Assembly (NCBI GenBank): GCA_023231475.1
Contig: JALJEE010000553.1
Coordinates: 1 to 56,207, forward strand
Source: Seison nebaliae
Taxonomy: Eukaryota
Direction: 5' to 3'
DNA: 56,207 bases
Part shown: one piece after another, positions 50,001 to 56,207 of the stretch
How positions within the stretch are numbered: position 1 is the stretch's first letter
Layout: each line of letters starts with the position of its first letter
Position numbers and translations under genes: made by a program
Notes under the pieces: model-generated
Seen by the model: the letters and a program-made list of their open reading frames with translations, nothing else
Database searches by the model: none
Told to the model about the DNA's origin: nothing

Positions 50001-51067
50001 TTCAGCCATTGAATTTGGGTATAATATCCGCTTACTATTACATCAATTATCAAACGATGGAATTATTGAGTGTGTCGTTAAGTACCAAAACAAAAGTTCG
50101 TGGATTATTAGAGATCATTGCTAATGCCAATGAATTCTCTTTCATTCCATTACGACAAGGTGAAGTGACAATGATGAAGAAGTTGAATGAACGAGTTCCA
50201 TATCCTATATCTACCAATGACTCCTTTCACGATATTCATGTGAAAGTTTACTTATTATTCCAAGCATATCTCTCCCGATTTCAATTACCATCAATCGAAT
50301 TACAATTAGATATTAATCATATACTTCCCATCGCCATTCGATTATTACAAGCGTGTGTCGATGTATTAGGAACGAACGAATGGCTCAATCCAGCATTAGC
50401 AGCTATGGAACTCTCACAATGTCTTACTCAAGCTCTCCAAATTAAAGATTCTCCTCTCAAACAAATTCCTCATTTCAATATCGATCTCATCAAACGGTGT
50501 CATGAGAAAAATATCAGGAATGTGACAGATCTCTTCGATTTGGAAGATGATGAAAGGAAAGATCTCCTCAAAATGAAATTGAACGAATTGAATGATGTGG
50601 CAAAATTCTGCAATCGATATCCCAATATCGATGTTTCTATTCTAATTAATGGAATTCCAGTCGATTTACATGACGACGACGACGACGAAGACGAAGAAGA
50701 TGAAGATGAAGACGATGTGAAAATGAAGAATGAGGAAAAGAAGAATAAACATAAAGTTAAATGTGCGTCCGAAGTGAATGTAACCGTTAATTTGGAACGG
50801 GAAGACGAAACATCGGCACCTGTCATTGCAGCTCATTTTCCGGAGAAACGAGACGAAGGTTGGTGGTTAGTCATTGGACAATCGACATCCAACTCTTTAT
50901 ATTCGATTCGACGAACGACTCTAAATGAAAAATCGAAGATTGAACTAAAATTCATAGCACCGAACACTGTTGGTGAACATGAATATCATTTATTCTTAAT
51001 GTCTGACAGTTATGTCGGTTGTGATCAGGAATATGAATTTTCCATTAACACTCATCATGCGATTTAG
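44048..51067 (+). CDS. SNRNP200: U5 snRNP 200-kDa helicase Brr2 (intronless)
   Basis: Starts MAGEAARSTQFDYKLNSNLVL; PWI-like IDAFWLQR; two helicase cassettes (APTGAGKT/DEIH and APSGSGKT/DELH) with Sec63 units; ends MSDSYVGCDQEY. Confidence 0.97.
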   Translation: MAGEAARSTQFDYKLNSNLVLSVDKNLIDRRAKSEATGEVITLYNRLSDVKMGDKAERTRPKKLQETNKVDTERYEKFDTNRFKGINVLNSEQQTNMDVGSGNNIIYRPKSNTTKQIYERLLNIVQNDLGHEPRDLLCATVDELLMVLKDDHLKLKEKRKELEDLLGKITDERFSLYVNAADKLNDWIPPNKFDDDLNDDNDESNDNDNLRKDVEYDTNVVFDDLDDGENETDVFIARGQQQNYVNDGAEEEMKEENEQELLLQQHILDEENRLKMLKKNRHKKKKKDENSMDVDDEEGDDNDKNNNDVDDDEDEDDDEMENSDGEEQNQRIIDFFQTDNDEDEENVRRDADGTKTEIRTLESSVKFPQQSTSFKLVSQSNVLKQKKGQKNELLNEEVEGEGEMEKKDKFYINPYEIDAFWLQRTLSKIFPDSVAAKEKTEEVLMILKESKNERELENQLALLIGFKHFQIVKLLRMNYKKVYYCTRLAASQTKDERLSIIEEMKMKNDLELEQLLTILLNPRKKKKIGVNGNEEMKKEKLKKKKIPSDENKDVSMKNKSSKHHMPKEWTPQQILDLQSLSFQQGSHLMSNKKCVLPEGSERERFKGYEEIHVPPLKAKEFGDKEKLRPISSLPKFAQIAFDSNIRQLNRIQSQVYKTAMETDENLLICAPTGAGKTNIALLTILREIGKHIQEDNTIEKNEFKMIYMAPMKSLVAELVESFSKKLSEYHLKVRELTGDSQMNREQIEDTDLIICTPEKWDIITRKSGERVYTQLVRLLIIDEIHLLHDMRGPVIESIVSRTIRNTEMTHEPVRIVGLSATLPNYYDVAAFLRTDPKVGLFFFDNCYRPVHLRQQFIGITEKKVIKRFQLMNEIIYKKVLLKAGKKQVLVFVHSRKETGKTCRSIRDQFVDNETLSVFGLDSATIDILKNASEEVKNQELKELLPYGMGIHHAGLLRHDRDIVEDLFRRRYIQLLISTATLAWGVNLPAHTVIIKGTQIYSAEKGRWVEMSSMDIFQMLGRAGRPQHDTEGEGIIITSHSELLYYLSLSNEQLPIESQLISKIIDMMNAEIVLGTIQTINEAADWLRYTYLYIRMLRNPSLYGIEENEAMNDQKLEQRRIDLVHTAAISLDKTNLIRYDRKSGQLHSTELGRIASHYYCTFETMTTYHQLLKPTLSEIELLRVFSLSSEFKQMHVRDEEKKELVELLSSVPIPIKESVDETSAKVNVLLQAYISQLKLEGFALMSDMIFISQSSQRLLRAIFEIVLIRGWAQLADKTLNLCKMVERRMWQALSPLRQFQKIPKTIIEQLENTNLSWNRFFDLRPKDFGDIIKNSRLSKSIHRYVHQIPKVELTVRVLPVTRGTLRVDLTIHPNFIWDNDIHGLSIGFWIFVEDVDSEVILHHQYFLLKRKYCTEDHSLTFHVPVFEPMPPQYFIRVCSDRWITMDKQLPISFRHLTLPEKHAPPTELLDLQSLQINSLQNEEFEKLYENEIDEFNAIQTQTFNSLYMKDDNIFIGAPSGSGKTICAEFAMLRLFSRNANGKCVYVCPKEEICSAIFRRWEKIFGGILKKNVYRLCGETGADLKLLARGNIIISLPTHWDVLSRRWKKRRHVQNVSLLIIDELHLMNSEMGAILEVISSRMRYINAETELKIRIVALSAPLANARDIYQWLACPSHSTFNFHLSVRPIQRELHIQSFNISHNQSRLVAMIRPCFNSIMKYSMKKSTIIFVPSRKQSCLTAIDLVTFIATKTDLSVNVGGKSNNPFVHCNGNELKEICSKLDDDYLGGTISQGVAYLHESLSDNDRSIVMELFRADAIGILVVSYSLTWSLNNLHSYLVIILDTQYYNGELHSYEDYELNDILHQIGRATIPSENETHAILLCQTSRKEYYHKFLYEPLPIESFLHHSLHDHFNSEIVTEAIENKQDAVDYLTWTFLYSRLRQNPNYYGLTKISQRHISDYLSELVETTLSKLQTSKCIAIVDELNVQPLNLGIISAYYYINYQTMELLSVSLSTKTKVRGLLEIIANANEFSFIPLRQGEVTMMKKLNERVPYPISTNDSFHDIHVKVYLLFQAYLSRFQLPSIELQLDINHILPIAIRLLQACVDVLGTNEWLNPALAAMELSQCLTQALQIKDSPLKQIPHFNIDLIKRCHEKNIRNVTDLFDLEDDERKDLLKMKLNELNDVAKFCNRYPNIDVSILINGIPVDLHDDDDDEDEEDEDEDDVKMKNEEKKNKHKVKCASEVNVTVNLEREDETSAPVIAAHFPEKRDEGWWLVIGQSTSNSLYSIRRTTLNEKSKIELKFIAPNTVGEHEYHLFLMSDSYVGCDQEYEFSINTHHAI

Positions 51068-52204
51068 GGGAACAATGTTTTTTCACATACCGCTATCTCA
51101 GATATCGAAATCTGAATTGGAAAATTGTTCGAAGAAAAGAAGTTCGAAATTTTGTTCGTTAAAAAATTTTTATCAATTTCTTTCTATTTCCAATTTCCAT
51201 TAAACATCATTAAATTCTTAAATATCATTATTTTAAATTGAAAACGAGAATTTGAATTTTGGAAGAAAGTATTAAAAGTGTTTTCCGTAATTTATATGAC
51301 AATGCCAATTTTAACTTGGAACGATGTCAACAAAGAATTATATTTTTAGATGAAGGTGATTAAATTACTCATTTTAATTCAACTGTTGGTCATCATTTGG
51401 GAGATGTGGGAGGAAAAGTAATAGATCAATGTCTTCTCAAACTCATGAACCTCACATTTATCAGTGTCATTAATTCATATCAAACATTAATTCATGATGT
51501 TTAAATTTCGTATTACTTTCTACTGTCGTACGGTATGATATACATTTTATCTATACGGTATGTATATATAGGGTAATATCCATTTGAGTTGTATAATTAT
51601 GTTGGGGTATATTATACCCCAATAATTAGTCTCATTTGCTATCGTCTTCATTCCAGAAATCATTGATTAAAATTCGATGATTCTATGGCATTGCTTGTGG
51701 AATGCTATAGTTGTTATATTGTCTAGACTCTAGAGTCGATATTGTCTATTCTCTATTATATTGTTGATCGAACTAGAGAAAGTTCCGTATAATCAACGGT
51801 GAAGTTAGTTCCATTATCTGATAATATAATTTTTGGTGCTCTAAGTTTCTAGACATTCGCTAATCGGACCGTTTTTAATATTCTCCAGAATATTTAGCAT
51901 CCACGATTTTGAAATGGAATTGGTTAAACGTAAAATCCATTAAAGATAAAAATAAAAATTTTAATGTCCCTTTAAACTTGTGATTTGTTGACAAATATTC
52001 TTCTGTCCGTTTTCGACTATTTTTTCAATTATTATTACACAAAATTAATAGTAAAAAGAAAAAGATGTAGAAAGAAAAATGAACTTGTTTATAAAAGTAA
52101 ACATAAACATTTTATTTGCATATGGTTACAATAGAATGAAACTGAAACTTATTTTAAGAATAAGTAGAATTGGTTTATTTGGTTGTTTTTAATACTAACT
52201 GAAA

Positions 52205-54190
52205 ATGGCAGATTTTGTTCAATTACAAGAATTATTCCGAAAGATGGTAGGAGGTCCATTGATTAAAATACCATTTTTCCTCCATTTTTGTTCCAGAGAT
52301 TGCTTGAATAATACCTCAGATAATTGGAACGGAGTTAATCTTAAAATAAAGAGAATCGTTCAAGACAAAGATATGAAGAATTTTTTCAATGGCCTTGAAA
52401 CGGTTAATGGAATGTTAGAAAAGGGTGACAATTTGTTTCTTAATGAAAAACATTTCTTTCAATTAAATCGAATAAGAACCATAGTTCGTATTTTAATGGA
52501 CTATGTAAATAATCGAAGAAAGAAGAAAATAATCTCTAAATTTTTTAAAATCCTACCGATTTTATTAAGGGCCATTCCATTCAAAGAATTTGTCTTAAAC
52601 GATTATGGAAATATATTGACTTTTATACAAAATCTACAACAAACTATCGAAGAAAGAAATTACAAATTGTTGTATATTCTGGCGGAGTTTGAAAGAGAAA
52701 TATCGGAAGAACGAGGTTTCTTCTGCACATCTAATTTTTCTGAAATAAGATCAAACAGGAAAATACAGAAACATTTAATGGCCAATTATCTCACCTGGAA
52801 TTATCATGGGTCAATTATGTTATACTACTATGAGTTAATAGACAAAATTACTAACGATCTCTGTCAATTGCAAAGAATTGGAATGAAGTTTCTTTGGGAG
52901 GATTACTTGTTACTACAACTAATTTATGAAATATCCGATAAGAATCTAAATAGTTTGATGAAAAATATAAGACATTCATTAATTCGAGAACGTTTTATTA
53001 GATTATATCTATCACCGGAGTTATTATTGGAAAATAGTCAACAAGAGAGATATACAATTCTCAAAGCATTGCTTGACAAAAGGCTCCCTTATTCTCGTTT
53101 AGATTTAGGGAGAGAAAAAAACCAGAACAGTGAAGCTTGGCACTATTTTCTAGAACTACAAAACTGGGTTACCAGAAACCTTAATTATTTCCAAATTCCT
53201 TATTTGTTGCCAAGAACTTCAAAAATCAGAATGACAGAACCACCCGATGAATTATGGGATATGTTAATGGATTACAATAATTTTATATTTGATAAAAATG
53301 AAACAAAAGAATTCATCAAAGAAAGTCTAGGACAGTTGTATTCTATGAGAAATACAATGAAGGATTGGAATATGGTAACAAACCAAATAGTGGGAATTAA
53401 TTCTGATTCATATTTAAGTAAATTTTTATCTGATGTTTATGTCATAAATATTATGCTGAAAAGCAGCATAACATTACGATATGTCATAAGAGAACAATTT
53501 TGGTTACTCAATCAACACCTTGAATTAATTTTAAACGAAGAAAGACAAATATGGTTAGATTATAAGGAAATAGATTTAAAGAGAAGATTAAGTATGATCG
53601 AAGATATCAAATTTGAGACAAATATGGCCAATATTACATTTTTTTCAACAAATACGGCACAAAAAAAATTTTCCAGACTAACTCGAATATTTTGTATAAG
53701 TTTAATTAGTTCTGATATGAAGATGAATTATTATTTTAATTTAATGGTATTATTTATCGTCAAATTATTGGATATTTCACTTATTGAGAAAGATATATAT
53801 TATAATGCTGAAGATCGGAAGATAGTTGAAAAATTGAATTATTATCATCTTCTCAATTTTTATATTTTGACATTGGATCATTTATTTGCTATCTTTCAGT
53901 TTAAATATGCAGAAGTTCAAGAAGTTTTGTTATACGAAATTTTCAATAAATGTATCTCTCTATTACAAAACGATTGTGTACCAGATCAGTTAAAACAAAA
54001 AGCAATATATATCCTTTTAGCATACCGAAGACGTTGCGAAAGATTTCCATTGTTCATGAACGAAAATAAACAGAAACTCCGTCATAAAATTGAAGTTTAT
54101 CTTCATATGAAAGAAAACTTGAATTCTTTTAATGAACTGCTATGGGAAACTTTTGAACTTGATGATATCATAAGATCGATAACAAATTGA
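52205..54190 (+). CDS. Uncharacterised 661-aa protein rich in L/I/F/K/N, probably helical; single exon
   Basis: Uninterrupted 2-kb ORF in very AT-rich DNA with an AAAATG start context. I recognise no motif. Confidence 0.65.
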   Translation: MADFVQLQELFRKMVGGPLIKIPFFLHFCSRDCLNNTSDNWNGVNLKIKRIVQDKDMKNFFNGLETVNGMLEKGDNLFLNEKHFFQLNRIRTIVRILMDYVNNRRKKKIISKFFKILPILLRAIPFKEFVLNDYGNILTFIQNLQQTIEERNYKLLYILAEFEREISEERGFFCTSNFSEIRSNRKIQKHLMANYLTWNYHGSIMLYYYELIDKITNDLCQLQRIGMKFLWEDYLLLQLIYEISDKNLNSLMKNIRHSLIRERFIRLYLSPELLLENSQQERYTILKALLDKRLPYSRLDLGREKNQNSEAWHYFLELQNWVTRNLNYFQIPYLLPRTSKIRMTEPPDELWDMLMDYNNFIFDKNETKEFIKESLGQLYSMRNTMKDWNMVTNQIVGINSDSYLSKFLSDVYVINIMLKSSITLRYVIREQFWLLNQHLELILNEERQIWLDYKEIDLKRRLSMIEDIKFETNMANITFFSTNTAQKKFSRLTRIFCISLISSDMKMNYYFNLMVLFIVKLLDISLIEKDIYYNAEDRKIVEKLNYYHLLNFYILTLDHLFAIFQFKYAEVQEVLLYEIFNKCISLLQNDCVPDQLKQKAIYILLAYRRRCERFPLFMNENKQKLRHKIEVYLHMKENLNSFNELLWETFELDDIIRSITN

Positions 54191-54962
54191 AAAATGAACC
54201 ACATTTCATCAGAATTTAAGTAAACCGATAACCTGTTTAATAAGGTGTATGGATTTATGAACTTTGATAATTATGAATTTTATTCAATAGTTAGATAATG
54301 AAAATGGATTAGTCACAATAAATTAGTTTCAAAATTCAATTCCAAAAAGCGCCCCTAATTTATTCCGAATAATATGGTATGTTTAATTTAACAAATAAAT
54401 ATCTTATTACTAATCATTATCAATCTATATTGCACTAAAATATAACATATACTACGTTCAGAAATTTTAAAGACTATCATAATTCATGGTAATCATATAT
54501 CATATATAGATATAAAATATACCATATCCACATAAAAGAACTACAAATAAATTTTACCTCATTACTACTGAAACAGCACAGAAATCACTGAATTGATCTT
54601 CATAATTTCAAATTCATATTGTAATTTTTATGTAATTTTCAAGAAGAATGAAATTTCCAAAAGATGATCTACGTGAGAATGTGAAATGAAAATTCTTTTC
54701 AATTTCTCTTACGATTGTTAGCCAATCCGTCGAGAGATCTACATTTCAAAATAATTCTCATAAGCAAATAATTTCATCATCGGGTTTCGGGTTTTACGGT
54801 ACCCTTTTATATTTTTTTCTAAAAATAGGACAATTGGTAAATAAACGCACTCTTTTTTTCTACATACTTTTAATGAGAGAGAGAGAAATGGATAAGGATT
54901 TTTTTCTTTAAACGTACAAAGAACTAAACGGATAGAAAACAATCAAGTAAATTTCTATAATA

Positions 54963-55246
54963 TGTAGTTAGGTGTTAGAAGCAAACAGGTACTTTTGTTC
55001 AATTTTTAGTTTTTATAATATTTCGTAAAAAATTAAAACTACGTAACTCGGACGAACAAAAGTACCTCTTTGTTTCCAACACCAGACTACACGTTATTGA
55101 AATGGGAAAACGTCATTTGGTAGACGGGACTATTTGGTAGACCGAGTTACGTAGTTTTAATTTTTGGGATATATTTTGGTAGACGGACGTTTGGTAGACG
55201 GGTACTTGGTAAACCGACCATTAGGTAGACCGACCATTTGGTAGAC
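54963..55246. mobile_element. MITE-like cluster: two interleaved inverted repeats plus about 15-bp tandem TTGGTAGAC units
   Basis: 38-bp imperfect IR at 54963-55000 / 55054-55091; perfect 24-bp IR at 55028-55051 / 55142-55165; about 7 TTGGTAGAC(C/G)G-like units at 55117-55246. Confidence 0.6.
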
Positions 55247-55710
55247 TCCGTATACAAAATGCAGTTATGTAGATATATTTGATATTTTCCTAAATAAAAA
55301 AAGTTTATATAAAAATAATGATGATTAATAATATTAATTATATTAATAATAATAACAAATTGGTGCAAAACTAATAAATTACCAATCAATACAATAATAT
55401 TTAGTCGCGGACTAAAAAGTTCAAGACTATAAGTTCGAACTTTTTCTCCTCTCCTTGTGAGAATATTGAATGTGAGAATATTGTTCTTCCTATTGAACAA
55501 AATATTGAGCGCTAAACTATATAACGAGAGCAAATTCAGTTACATTAGAAAAAATTCCTATTACAAAAAAAATTAAACTACGAATTAATTGTTGACATTT
55601 CTCGAAATCAACATAGTTCCAGAACAATGAAAGATGAACTTCCATGAGATGGAACTAGAATAGTAATAGTAGAACTTTTGAAAAATGAAAGATCAAATTC
55701 GGACTAACAA

Positions 55711-55952
55711 GGGAACCTCAACTTTATTTATCACCGATGAAAATGATAATAAAAAAAGTATCATAAGTATATAACAAAAAAATATATATTGTATAGCTTT
55801 GGTGTTTATACCTATTTTATTAATTAATGTGTGCATTATGCTTTGACTATGCACCATTGTTAGTAAAAATCTTTTTCCTCGGTGATAAATAATGTTCTAT
55901 CACTAAGCGAAGTTTCAACTCCGATTTCGAGTCCGAGGTAGTTGAGGTTCCC
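55711..55952. mobile_element. Second MITE-like element with terminal inverted repeats
   Basis: GGGAACCTCAACT (55711) pairs with AGTTGAGGTTCCC (55940-55952). Inner IR TTATTTATCACCGA(T/G)GAAAA at 55724 pairs with 55873-55892. Confidence 0.55.
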
Positions 55953-56207
55953 ATGTAAACCAGAAAATGCGTTGACCATATTATAAAGTTAAATTAATAT
56001 TTAATACTCCAAAAGGAGTTGGACTCACCCTAATTGTAGTGCAATATTAAAGGAATCCATGAAGATAATGAAGCAAGCTCCAAATACCTTCTATTTTCAA
56101 AAATGGTATTGAAAATGTACGGAACTGGAGTTCCGCCTGATTATTTCAATAACCAGAGAACAGATACTACACATTGATCTTAGCCATAAAAGGCCGAGAA
56201 GCGATAA

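Noticed and set aside
44043..50826. Antisense ORFs with poly-His, Ile or Ser inside SNRNP200 (similar ones lie in the nested gene and DSTYK)
   Set aside because: They are shadows of GAT/GAA/CAA-rich sense coding sequence.
55117..55246. CRISPR-like short repeats
   Set aside because: Units are about 15 bp and nearly contiguous with no unique spacers; there are no cas genes and the context is eukaryotic.

Overview
AT-rich, gene-dense nuclear DNA from a compact animal genome. It uses the standard genetic code; a spiralian invertebrate origin is my unverified inference. By manual exon stitching I support about 18 protein-coding genes: DAP3, DNAI7/CASC1, an orphan nested in DNAI7, three tandem MSP-like membrane paralogs, a GRD-type GABA receptor subunit, a C2H2 zinc-finger gene, METTL14, FBXO9, IMPDH, DSTYK, an ependymin-related gene, RSPH9, CatSper2, 7-unit polyubiquitin, SNRNP200/Brr2 and a 661-aa orphan. 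MITE-like inverted repeats lie at the right end. The main signal is a shifted 5' splice-site code: 39 of the 43 coding-region introns I traced begin GTT, and none begins GTAAG or GTGAG. Other highlights: DNAI7 is split by a 9.6-kb intron holding a complete antisense gene, while most other introns are about 31-80 nt; several co-oriented genes lie only 66-101 nt apart; the GABA receptor has aromatic 6' and 9' pore residues; one ubiquitin unit is a variant. All gene models are hand-derived without RNA evidence.
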